From assembly GCA_012269745.1 (NCBI GenBank), contig JAAXJR010000030.1, forward strand, positions 11,143-75,142: a stretch of 64,000 nt of DNA, given 5' to 3'. Below are positions 28,816-37,074 of the stretch, in pieces. Every line of letters starts with the position of its first letter. Positions within the stretch are counted from its first letter, which is position 1. The position numbers were made by a program, and so were the translations under genes. A model generated the notes under the pieces. That model saw only the letters and a program-made list of their open reading frames with translations, made no database searches and was not told where the DNA came from. Source of the stretch: Flavobacteriales bacterium (GTDB lineage Bacteria > Bacteroidota > Bacteroidia > Flavobacteriales > Schleiferiaceae).

Positions 28816-29306
28816 AACCTTATCATTCCATACGCTTGGCCAATATGCTCCATCACCAGAGGTAGTTGGTCTTTGGTGATTTCGGTATCGATGGCTTTCT
28901 TAAGTTTGATAAACTCAGGTGCAAGGTTTTTGGTACACTCAAAGTAGTTAAGGTTTTTATATCCTTTCTCTTGAAGTGTTTTATAAATAAATGCAGATCC
29001 CATGGAGCTGCCCAAAAGAACGTATTTCATCGCGTAGGACCTCAATACATCACCTATTTCATCACCATCCGGTGCAGCATCATATATTTCAGCGAAGGAT
29101 TTGCGCAAAGTCATTGCCATTTCGTCCGATCCCGAACAGGCGACTACTTCTTGCCAAAGTGGCCTTATTCCACTTTTAAATTCATCCAATTTAGTTTCTA
29201 AAGATTCGCTGAACGGTGCACGAAATAAATCAGCAATAGGACTCTTAGATTCGACCTGATCATGCCAAATCTTCCCTTTATCTTTTATTTGTTCTGTTAT
29301 GGACAT
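28812..29306 (-). CDS. heme oxygenase-like protein (short, 164 aa), putative biliverdin supplier
   Basis: The N-terminal IKDKGKIWHDQVE fits the L-R-x3-x3-H-x3-E spacing of the proximal-His helix. YVLLGSSMGSAFI resembles the YVLEGSxLGG motif. It is the last gene of the phytochrome operon. Confidence 0.55.
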   Translation of the reverse strand: MSITEQIKDKGKIWHDQVESKSPIADLFRAPFSESLETKLDEFKSGIRPLWQEVVACSGSDEMAMTLRKSFAEIYDAAPDGDEIGDVLRSYAMKYVLLGSSMGSAFIYKTLQEKGYKNLNYFECTKNLAPEFIKLKKAIDTEITKDQLPLVMEHIGQAYGMIRF

Positions 29307-29333
29307 TGCGCGTTTTTCATAAAAATAACTAAT

Positions 29334-29693
29334 CTAGGCAACCTCAATCATTGACATCAATGCTTCTGTTGAAAATGGTTTTGGTAAAAAATCCAAAGAT
29401 TTTGAATGAATATACTCGATATCCTCATCTACGGACGTTGCAGAACAAACTATAACTCGCATTTTGCTTATTAGTGCATGCTGCTCCAGTAAACCATATA
29501 CATCCCTAAAATCTCCATCAGGAAGGTAAAAATCAAATATCCCTAACTCAATACTGGTCAATTCACCTTTCTCAATGGCCGTTTCAAGATCGCGACGCGT
29601 TTGAATCCAAATAATCTCATGACCGAGAATTTCGAGCAATTGACAAAAGGTTTGGCCCAAGACAATCTCGTCTTCTAGCAATAACAATTTCAT
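29334..29693 (-). CDS. single-domain response regulator (receiver only)
   Basis: It has LLLEDE (acidic pocket), FDFYLPDGD (phospho-Asp), VCSAT and FLPKPF (conserved Lys). The start overlaps the phytochrome stop (ATGA). Confidence 0.85.
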   Translation of the reverse strand: MKLLLLEDEIVLGQTFCQLLEILGHEIIWIQTRRDLETAIEKGELTSIELGIFDFYLPDGDFRDVYGLLEQHALISKMRVIVCSATSVDEDIEYIHSKSLDFLPKPFSTEALMSMIEVA

Positions 29694-32600
29694 GATAATT
29701 CCAATTTGAATATTGTGCCCTTACCTACTTCACTTTCCACCTTGATTTCTCCATTAATTAACTCCACACTCTTTTTAACCAAGTACAATCCTAACCCGGT
29801 GCCATGAGCACGAGCTGAGTTATTACTTCTATAGAATTCGTTGAAAATTTTACTTAAATCCTTTTCAGGAATGCCTATTCCGTTATCATGCACTGATAGC
29901 TCAAACCCTCCTTTTTCAGACTTACTATTTTGTAATTTAATAATCACGTTTCCCTCGCTATATTTAAGCGCATTTGAAACTAGATTTTGAAGAATTTGTC
30001 CAATTAAAAATTCATCGGTTACAATTTTTGCTGTCTTTAACCTAGTACTCACTTTGATGGAGCGGTTCGCATATTCTTTGGTGTTCAAGAAAAGCTCCGC
30101 CACCCCATGAACAAAATCCATCAAATCTACTTCGATTGGCTTGGTCTTATAGGTTCTATCAGTCACTCGACTTACCTCAAGTGTATTTTTGGTCAGCTCC
30201 ATTAATCTGCGGCTCTCCTTTTCTAATCGACCTAATACAGACTCCACGCTTGTGTTTAATTGGTTCTCCTTAAACACATGACGTAGAACTGAAATATTAA
30301 GTTCTATGGAGCTTATCGGTGTTTTAAGCTGATGAGAAGCATGATTTATAAAATCTGTCTTCATCTTTGCTACACTTTCGGCATGCGCCAGCTCTCTCTC
30401 CTTGACCGCGAGCTCAAGACGTTGAGAAATATCTTGGGCCAAGATAATGATAGAGTCTTCACTTACCTTAGAGCAAATGACGTCATACGACTTCTTACTA
30501 TGCTGAGCGGAAAATCCATAAGACTCTTTACCTCTAGATGCCGCCCATTTAGAAAAACCTAGGCTATTTGAACTATCTGTTCTAAACACATCAAAAATGT
30601 GCTCTAGTCGACCTTTGAGCTTCGTCTTGTTTTGACCTCCTAAATACACTATTCGACCGTCAACTCCAGTTAACAATACCAAGGATTGGGGTAAATTAGA
30701 AGCAATAGACTCAAACTGCAGGCGAGCATTTTCAATTTCTTTCAATTGCTCTACCTCCTTAGTAACATCCTGCTGAACCCCAACAAAGTTGGTCAACTCT
30801 CCTTTAGGTCCAAATACTGGACTGATACTAAGTTCAACAATGTATTCTTCACCAGTCTTGGAGCAGTTTGTTATCCTTGTTTTTACAGGCTCCTTATTAA
30901 ATAAAGCCTCCTTTATTTTTAACCTAGCTTCGTCCGAGGTGTTGTTATTTTGAAACATTTTAGGACTATTGCCCAAAACTTCTTCTTCTCTATAGCCTGT
31001 CATTCTCAACAGCGCATCATTTACATAAGTAATTCGAGGCTGTCCTCCTGTTTCTAAAAATTCAGCATCCGTTATAATGATCATTTCCTGAGCATTGGTA
31101 ACTGCCTTTTCAAGTAGCGCACGATCTTTTTCTGTGTTTTCACGCAAGGTTATTTCAAGCTTTAATCTTTCATTTGCATCTACCAACTGCTTATTAAAAG
31201 CCTGAAGGGTTTTATGCCGCTCTAAAAGCATCTTACGCTGTTCTTTGATGATGGTTTCCGCCTTATTCCGCTCCACTATTTCATCCATATTGCTTTTAAC
31301 GACCCCGTAAAAGCGGTCACTCTCATCATTATAACTTAAGCTAAAAAGCACCTCAATACGCTTCCCATTTGCATCAAACATCTGTTTAGAGTAGTTAACC
31401 TTGTCTCCTAATTTGGTTTGTTTGATCTGCTCTAAATCGATTGAATACTGATCCACTGGAGTTAGCATTTTCCAATTCACGCTTCCTATTTCCAGTTGAT
31501 TTGAGGGGAACCCTAGTAACTGCAGGAAATACGTATTACATCTAAGGATATCTCCATCATCATTTGAAATGAATGTACCTACCAAATCTGCATTAAAAAA
31601 CTGCTCAAGTTCTTCTTGAATATCTTTAATATCAGATTCCATGGTACGCATCGAACTCATATCCATAACCACGCCTACCAATCTCGCTGACTCATTATCT
31701 CCCAAAGAATAGCCCTCTGCCTTTAGTAAAATATTTTTCTGGCCATCCTCAGTTTCAAATGTTATCTCCTTAGAATATTTTTTTCCTTCAATATTCAATG
31801 ATTTTAAAGACTCGCTTAATTCTTGTCTTTCACCAATGGGAAATAAAGAAACAAATTGCTCTAATGTTTTTTCATTTCCATTAGCCTCTAATACTTGTCG
31901 TGAAGTGAAGTCCATTTGAACTCGATTTTCTTTCAAATCGATCTCCCAGCTACCTACATCACTTACATCTAATGCGAGCTGAAGTTTGTGCTCCACTGAA
32001 CGACTCTCAGCAACTTCAAATCTCAACTGTCTAACCTTACTGGTAAGTTCATCAATTTTCAGCTGCGCCTTTCTACTTACCTTGTCTCCATCACTGGATT
32101 GCGAGCCATGCTCATTAAGCACTAATTCACGTAATCCTGAGGCCAATTCTTCGTAGAGCAACCCTTCTAACCATGCTAAACTTTGCTCTTTTGTATTGAC
32201 TTTGAAGGCCTCAAAACTCTTACGCGGACTCACGCGCATTCTGCCTTCTTCATCAGCATAAATGGTCTTGGCATTTTCTAAATCGGCCCCACCCCATTTA
32301 ATGGTACCGTGAAACTCCTTCCTGAAGGCGAAGAGGGTAATTGGCGTACGCATTTCAATGGGAATTCTTAAAAACCCATAAATACCAGTGGCGATCAATC
32401 CAGGAATCCTTTTACTTAACTTCTTAGTCGCGTAAATCCGTTTCCTTTCTCTCTGTTCAAGGCGATCCTCAACTTGTTGAATCTCCATTGGATCTAGCGC
32501 AACCCCAGAGAAATAATAGTTATCCCCATACTTTAAGCCTACCCCATCTGCCTTAAGGATTTGCTGAATCTCTGGTAGTTCATTTTTAATACCTATCTCT

Positions 32601-33616
32601 AAATTCGCTTGATTAACACTTTTTAAAATTTGCTGTGAGACTTTTTTAGCTGATCTCCTCAAATCCTTCGAAAGTCTGAACTTAATTCGCTGCATTTCCA
32701 GGCTTAGCGTTCTCCCGAAAATTTCAGCTTGCCTTCTAGCTCTAAGTGGTATGTGTTTCGCTTTAGAATGGTGACAAGCGATCAGTCCTACTAGCTTACC
32801 TTCAATCACTACACTAGCAGAAAAGCTAGCACCAACCTTCATGTTCCGAAGATATTCTATGTGGATAGGGCTAATGCTTCTAAGTCCACTTTGACTTAAA
32901 TCTACCGCCTGTGCAAGAGGTGCCTTTGGCAATAAGTTCACCGGTTCAGAAAACACATCTGAGATCACGCGAACCTTGTTGAGAACATACAATGCACGTG
33001 CCTGCTTAGGTATGTCCGTTGCGGGGAATCTTAAGTCCTTATAAGACGGCATAAAATCTACTTTATTTTCCGCCACTACGGTACCGTTCCAATCATCATC
33101 AAACAAATACAGCTTCACTCGATCATAGCCAATAGTATCTCGTACCCATTTCACAGCCTCATCGTACAAGGATTGAGCATCCAGACACTTACCCAAAGCG
33201 TTGATACCATTTTCAAGAGCTATAGAGTCTAAATTAGCCTCCTCAGCTTTCTCTATCTCAACTGTTTTATAGCCGAAATCTGTATTTGCAACAACAGTAA
33301 TATCAAACAATTCATCTGAGTTTAGTAGTCTCTGCTTGTAGAAGTACTCATTAGAATCTGAATGATCAAAAATTTGCAGAATTATCTCTTGAGACTCAAA
33401 AATCGCATCAGGAGAAAGGCCTATTAATTCATCATGAGAAATATTAAGCCATGCATATGAGTTTTTACTGCTGAACTTTACTTTAAAGTCTTGTCCAAAA
33501 ACGAGAACAGTCCCAGATGACTGAATGGATCCTGGAATGTGGATAGGCTCTTGGTCACATATGTTGATCAAATGCTTTTGATCCTTGTAGTCGAAAGAAG
33601 AATTGAAATTATGCAT
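29690..33616 (-). CDS. bphP: bacteriophytochrome histidine kinase with extra PAS domains, including a Cys-less LOV-like domain
   Basis: The photosensory module reads ICDQEPIHIPGSIQSSG (Cys20), RFPATDIPKQARALY, LRSISPIHIEYLRNMKVGASFS and LVGLIACHH (PAS-GAF-PHY). It is followed by coiled coils, about 4 PAS domains, an H-box (FINHASHQLKTP), an N box (NLVSNALKY), and G boxes (HDNGIGI, GTGLGL). Confidence 0.9.
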   Translation of the reverse strand: MHNFNSSFDYKDQKHLINICDQEPIHIPGSIQSSGTVLVFGQDFKVKFSSKNSYAWLNISHDELIGLSPDAIFESQEIILQIFDHSDSNEYFYKQRLLNSDELFDITVVANTDFGYKTVEIEKAEEANLDSIALENGINALGKCLDAQSLYDEAVKWVRDTIGYDRVKLYLFDDDWNGTVVAENKVDFMPSYKDLRFPATDIPKQARALYVLNKVRVISDVFSEPVNLLPKAPLAQAVDLSQSGLRSISPIHIEYLRNMKVGASFSASVVIEGKLVGLIACHHSKAKHIPLRARRQAEIFGRTLSLEMQRIKFRLSKDLRRSAKKVSQQILKSVNQANLEIGIKNELPEIQQILKADGVGLKYGDNYYFSGVALDPMEIQQVEDRLEQRERKRIYATKKLSKRIPGLIATGIYGFLRIPIEMRTPITLFAFRKEFHGTIKWGGADLENAKTIYADEEGRMRVSPRKSFEAFKVNTKEQSLAWLEGLLYEELASGLRELVLNEHGSQSSDGDKVSRKAQLKIDELTSKVRQLRFEVAESRSVEHKLQLALDVSDVGSWEIDLKENRVQMDFTSRQVLEANGNEKTLEQFVSLFPIGERQELSESLKSLNIEGKKYSKEITFETEDGQKNILLKAEGYSLGDNESARLVGVVMDMSSMRTMESDIKDIQEELEQFFNADLVGTFISNDDGDILRCNTYFLQLLGFPSNQLEIGSVNWKMLTPVDQYSIDLEQIKQTKLGDKVNYSKQMFDANGKRIEVLFSLSYNDESDRFYGVVKSNMDEIVERNKAETIIKEQRKMLLERHKTLQAFNKQLVDANERLKLEITLRENTEKDRALLEKAVTNAQEMIIITDAEFLETGGQPRITYVNDALLRMTGYREEEVLGNSPKMFQNNNTSDEARLKIKEALFNKEPVKTRITNCSKTGEEYIVELSISPVFGPKGELTNFVGVQQDVTKEVEQLKEIENARLQFESIASNLPQSLVLLTGVDGRIVYLGGQNKTKLKGRLEHIFDVFRTDSSNSLGFSKWAASRGKESYGFSAQHSKKSYDVICSKVSEDSIIILAQDISQRLELAVKERELAHAESVAKMKTDFINHASHQLKTPISSIELNISVLRHVFKENQLNTSVESVLGRLEKESRRLMELTKNTLEVSRVTDRTYKTKPIEVDLMDFVHGVAELFLNTKEYANRSIKVSTRLKTAKIVTDEFLIGQILQNLVSNALKYSEGNVIIKLQNSKSEKGGFELSVHDNGIGIPEKDLSKIFNEFYRSNNSARAHGTGLGLYLVKKSVELINGEIKVESEVGKGTIFKLELS

Positions 33617-33656
33617 CGCTCACTTACTTTGGCATGTGCGTAGTTACACATAATTA

Positions 33657-33664
33657 CAAAATTA
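33657..33664 (-). promoter_or_regulatory. candidate -7 box (TAATTTTG on minus strand) upstream of bphP
   Basis: It matches TAnnTTTG and lies 41 nt upstream of the ATG. The -33 element is not convincing. Confidence 0.3.
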
Positions 33665-33743
33665 AGCGTTTAAACTATAGTCTAAGGGTATAAACACTTA
33701 TTATATGTCTATGTAAAATTGATGCTTCAATAGATTTACACTA

Positions 33744-34937
33744 TCAAACAAGGACTTTAAACTGTGTATGAGCAAGTGACTGAAGTTGACTCGTTGCAAT
33801 GGTCGGACGGTAAATTCGAATAGTCAATCCAATATCAGCTGTATTTCCAACCTCGCATTTATATCCAAGATGACTTAAAATTTCCTTATTCAAGTGTACG
33901 CCTATTCCCAAACCTCTAGATTTACTTAGCACCGGGTTACCATATTCATGAAAGTCTACTGAACTCATCCCACCGCCTAGGTCAGAGAGGGTGAAAATCA
34001 ATTCATCTAGAACGCTTATTTTCAAAATTGGTGACGAATCGTATTTAAGAGCGTTAGAAATGAAACTATCCAAAGCCATTACTAATCCAAATTCAATTAG
34101 AGAATTCTCGTCAACTTCATCTTCCAATAGTATCTGAAGAGATCCATGTAACTCTGATAACTCCAATACCAATTCTTTCAATGGAATCTTTTTCTCGCTT
34201 CTAAGTGCCTTTCTATTGTCTAATAATGCATTAATGGTCAATTCAAGCTGCTTCAAAGGAATCTCCGTTTTAGACAATTCAACCGTTTCCTGCTCGCGCA
34301 TTTTAGCCAGTTGATATTGCATCGTTAATGTCGCAAGAGGTGTGCGAATGTTATGCGCCAAAATGCTAAAGAGATCGTTTTGAAAACTGATTTTAGAGTC
34401 TTTATTCTTTTGACGTTCCAAATTAATCCTTTGATATTCGTCTGCAATATAGCTGATCATACCAATGGCTATAACCATAAACAAGGCAGTTCCCACTCTG
34501 CTCAAAGTAAAACTATCGTTCAACCATCGTTCACTGGAGGTAAGTTCGACCTGAAACCAGGAATTATAAACCAATAAGATTGCGAGAACAGGAATTACTA
34601 GATTTCTTGAAGCCTTAAATCTAGACTCAAACATGGCAAAGAAAAACGCCCAAAGCGCTATTGCCGCACTATACATTGGCCAGCCAGGCGAGTACAAACT
34701 GTAAACAGCGATATAGAAAAGCATTAATGTAGCATTAGTTAAAAAAACTAACTGAGCAATTTTTCTAGACGGCTTGTGAAGTATGAACAACAAAGCGTAA
34801 ACAGTAGCTACAATAGATGCTAAATTATCAATCCATATGTACCATAAATCAGTTCGTTGTGTGACTATATCTACCACCGTATACGGCAGAATAAATGCAA
34901 TAGTTGTACTTGATTTAATGCGATGAATTTGCTCCAT
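33744..34937 (-). CDS. polytopic sensor histidine kinase-like protein (paralog of 21476-22657)
   Basis: The architecture matches 21476-22657: N-terminal TM bundle with DLWYIWID, H-box FQNDLFSILAHNIRTPL, LDSFISNALKY, SDLGGGM and GLGIGVHL. It lies 127 nt upstream of bphP on the same strand. Confidence 0.7.
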   Translation of the reverse strand: MEQIHRIKSSTTIAFILPYTVVDIVTQRTDLWYIWIDNLASIVATVYALLFILHKPSRKIAQLVFLTNATLMLFYIAVYSLYSPGWPMYSAAIALWAFFFAMFESRFKASRNLVIPVLAILLVYNSWFQVELTSSERWLNDSFTLSRVGTALFMVIAIGMISYIADEYQRINLERQKNKDSKISFQNDLFSILAHNIRTPLATLTMQYQLAKMREQETVELSKTEIPLKQLELTINALLDNRKALRSEKKIPLKELVLELSELHGSLQILLEDEVDENSLIEFGLVMALDSFISNALKYDSSPILKISVLDELIFTLSDLGGGMSSVDFHEYGNPVLSKSRGLGIGVHLNKEILSHLGYKCEVGNTADIGLTIRIYRPTIATSQLQSLAHTQFKVLV

Positions 34938-35240
34938 TCAATAAAATTAACTTGATACGTTACAATTACAGAGTTATTTGAAGCCATATGGAAACATCGT
35001 TATGCACTGATTCAGAATATTTGTAGTCTTGAATTCTGACTAATTGAATACAAATAAGGTAGAGGAGAATACCCCGAAATTTTAGCTTGGAGCATTTATA
35101 GCGTTCTCCTAGACGGCGGTAGGATTTTTATATGATCCTTTGAGCTCCGAATTCCGAATCAATAAAGCCCTTACGTGTCTGTTTCACGAGGGTTCTTTTT
35201 CTATGGAATATCTGTTCCAAGCACGCTTACAGTTTAGTCC

Positions 35241-35277
35241 AAAGAAAAAGCCCCTCAACCTTTTGTTTGAGGGGCTT
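35241..35277 (-). terminator. rho-independent terminator of tRNA-Arg
   Basis: On the minus strand, AAGCCCCTCAA-acaaaagg-TTGAGGGGCTT is followed by TTTTTCTTT. Confidence 0.75.
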
Positions 35278-35290
35278 GCTTCATTCTTCG

Positions 35291-35364
35291 TGACCGTGGA
35301 AGGATTCGAACCTTCAACCGCTTGATTCGTAGTCAAGTACTCTATCCAGTTGAGCTACACGGCC
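35291..35364 (-). tRNA. tRNA-Arg (anticodon ACG)
   Basis: On the minus strand, acceptor is GGCCGTG/CACGGTC, D arm is GCTC..GAGT, anticodon stem is CTTGA/TCAAG with loop CTACGAA, and T arm is GAAGG TTCGAAT CCTTC. Confidence 0.9.
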
Positions 35365-35382
35365 ATTTCCCTTGCGGGAGGG

Positions 35383-35390
35383 CAAATATA
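35383..35390 (-). promoter_or_regulatory. -7 box (TATATTTG on minus strand) for tRNA-Arg
   Basis: It matches TAnnTTTG. A TTG lies 21 nt upstream on the minus strand, and the tRNA 5' end is 18 nt downstream. Confidence 0.5.
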
Positions 35391-35471
35391 TAGTAAAATC
35401 TTAGGGTGGTACAAGCCTTGAGATAAATTTTGAAAATAATTTTTTGCTTGGCTTTTAGCTGATGGGATACC

Positions 35472-35741
35472 TTATTGAATCTCAACAGTTAAGCCGACAT
35501 CCATCATAAGGTCTGCCTTATTTCTTAACTGATCATAAGAGCCTGACATCACTTGACATTTGCCCTTATAGTGTGTAATCCATGCACATTGTTCTGCCTG
35601 TTCCTCGGAGTGGTCACAAACCGTACAAAGAACATCTATAACAAAGTCAAACGAGTTCTCGTGGTCATTAAAAAGAACCAAGGATTGCTCCTTGAGAACT
35701 ACAGAATCGTGGCTTGGTTGAAACTTTTCTTGTGTACTCAT
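35472..35741 (-). CDS. clpS: ATP-dependent Clp protease adaptor ClpS
   Basis: LVLFNDHENSFDFVIDVL..VCDHSEEQAEQCAWITHYKGKC is typical of ClpS. The start is ATG 35741 (MSTQEKF). Confidence 0.85.
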   Translation of the reverse strand: MSTQEKFQPSHDSVVLKEQSLVLFNDHENSFDFVIDVLCTVCDHSEEQAEQCAWITHYKGKCQVMSGSYDQLRNKADLMMDVGLTVEIQ

Positions 35742-35828
35742 ATTTGTAAAAATACGCCGTTTGTGGATTGTTAATAGCTCATTGTGCAAGTAGTTTTTCA
35801 AATGAGTGATTTATACTAAATTTGAGTT

Positions 35829-37070
35829 ATGACTAGTGCAATTAAAAGCGTTCGAGCTTCTCATTTTAAAAATATCTACTTCATTTCCATGGCTTTAAAC
35901 ACCATCGTGAATGTAGTAGTAATCACTTCCGTAAGTTATGCCTATCAATACTCTGGACTTCTGTTCAGTGTAATTTTCTTCTTTGGATTGATAGGTTTAT
36001 CACTTTCAAAGCTTGGTGTACATCCTTCCTTAAACGCTAAAGTTTTCCTTTTGTGTTTAATCCCAGAATTTTTAAACCTATTGGCCTTAGATCATGGTAA
36101 TCTTGCGTTAATCGCTTTAGCTGGCACGGCTGTTGGATTAGCCATAACACCTTTGGCAAACTTTGGGACTATACGGTGGACTAGCGTACTGGCTTTTGTA
36201 GCCTTAACCTTAGCGAAGCTAACTGAATTAGGGACTCGTTTTGAGGATCTGCTGTTTCAAAGTGCCGGGTTCTTGGCTCTATTAGGGTTATCAGCTCTAG
36301 TTATTCTTAATGTCTTTTCTGTGCAAAGTGTACGCAAGACAGAAATTAAAGATGAACTCATTGATTTAGATGAGTATCAAAACAATATGAAGTTTTGGCT
36401 AGACCCTAATTTCAAATACAGAGTAAAACTAGAAGACGGTGATTTCTTAACAAAGCGCCTTCTCGAACCTGTTGAAGCATCCTATCCGTTCCTAAGAAAG
36501 AATGCTCATAAAGGACTTTCCGAACGATACCCGTTGATACAGATTGTCACTAGAGAAGCCGTGCCTTATCTTAAAGCGAGTAATGTCCAAATTAGTGCAT
36601 CAGAGGAGGAAAAAATAAAGCTTTACACCAAGCTTCTAGGTTCAGATTACACCTGGTTTAAACACATACACGATAGCAGCAGCTTTGCCATTGCTCCCTT
36701 AAGCATGGAATCTCATTTATCGTTAGAATCTTTTGAGCCTGTAGAATTTGAGACTATTGTTTCTGAGACTGAATCGACGCTCCAAGAGACTGAACAACCA
36801 GTTCATCAACCCACACCAGTAGCTATAGAAGTTGAGCCTATTGAAAGCAAAATGAATGAGCAGATAATAGGCGAAGAGATTCTGGAGGAAGCCCAAGTAA
36901 TTCTCAACGAAACTGACAAAGCGGAAATTGAGAAGCCTAAACTTGTTGACGAAACTTACCGAGCTAAGCGCGTTTTCAAGCCAACTGCTGGTCGACCTTT
37001 AACGAAGCTGCGTAAAATCAATCCTGAAGGCGGTTCTACAGATTTTCAGTGGAACGTTCCAAGCAAGTAG
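35829..37070 (+). CDS. membrane protein, unknown function (413 aa)
   Basis: It has about 5 N-terminal TM segments, an acidic low-complexity region and a basic C-terminal tail. It is AT-rich. Confidence 0.55.
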   Translation: MTSAIKSVRASHFKNIYFISMALNTIVNVVVITSVSYAYQYSGLLFSVIFFFGLIGLSLSKLGVHPSLNAKVFLLCLIPEFLNLLALDHGNLALIALAGTAVGLAITPLANFGTIRWTSVLAFVALTLAKLTELGTRFEDLLFQSAGFLALLGLSALVILNVFSVQSVRKTEIKDELIDLDEYQNNMKFWLDPNFKYRVKLEDGDFLTKRLLEPVEASYPFLRKNAHKGLSERYPLIQIVTREAVPYLKASNVQISASEEEKIKLYTKLLGSDYTWFKHIHDSSSFAIAPLSMESHLSLESFEPVEFETIVSETESTLQETEQPVHQPTPVAIEVEPIESKMNEQIIGEEILEEAQVILNETDKAEIEKPKLVDETYRAKRVFKPTAGRPLTKLRKINPEGGSTDFQWNVPSK

Positions 37071-37074
37071 TTCC

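Noticed and set aside
28812-28821. TTAGAACCTT at the far end of the phytochrome cluster resembles TTCGAACCTT in the T-arm of tRNA-Arg, so it could be an att scar.
   Set aside because: Only 9 of 10-11 nt match, and it coincides with two overlapping stop codons. Matches this short are expected by chance, so it is not usable as evidence for island borders.
34938-35240. The 300-nt non-coding stretch between the phytochrome-linked kinase gene and tRNA-Arg contains short inverted repeats, for example TCAGAAT...ATTCTGA around 35010-35040.
   Set aside because: The stems are only 5-7 bp with long loops, which is within chance expectation for AT-rich DNA. I recognise no ncRNA family or gene remnant by eye. 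It is mentioned only as a place to look for integrase or att remnants.
35140-35325. A 61-aa plus-strand ORF runs into tRNA-Arg.
   Set aside because: Its 3' half is the complement of the tRNA and its terminator, so it cannot be an independent gene.
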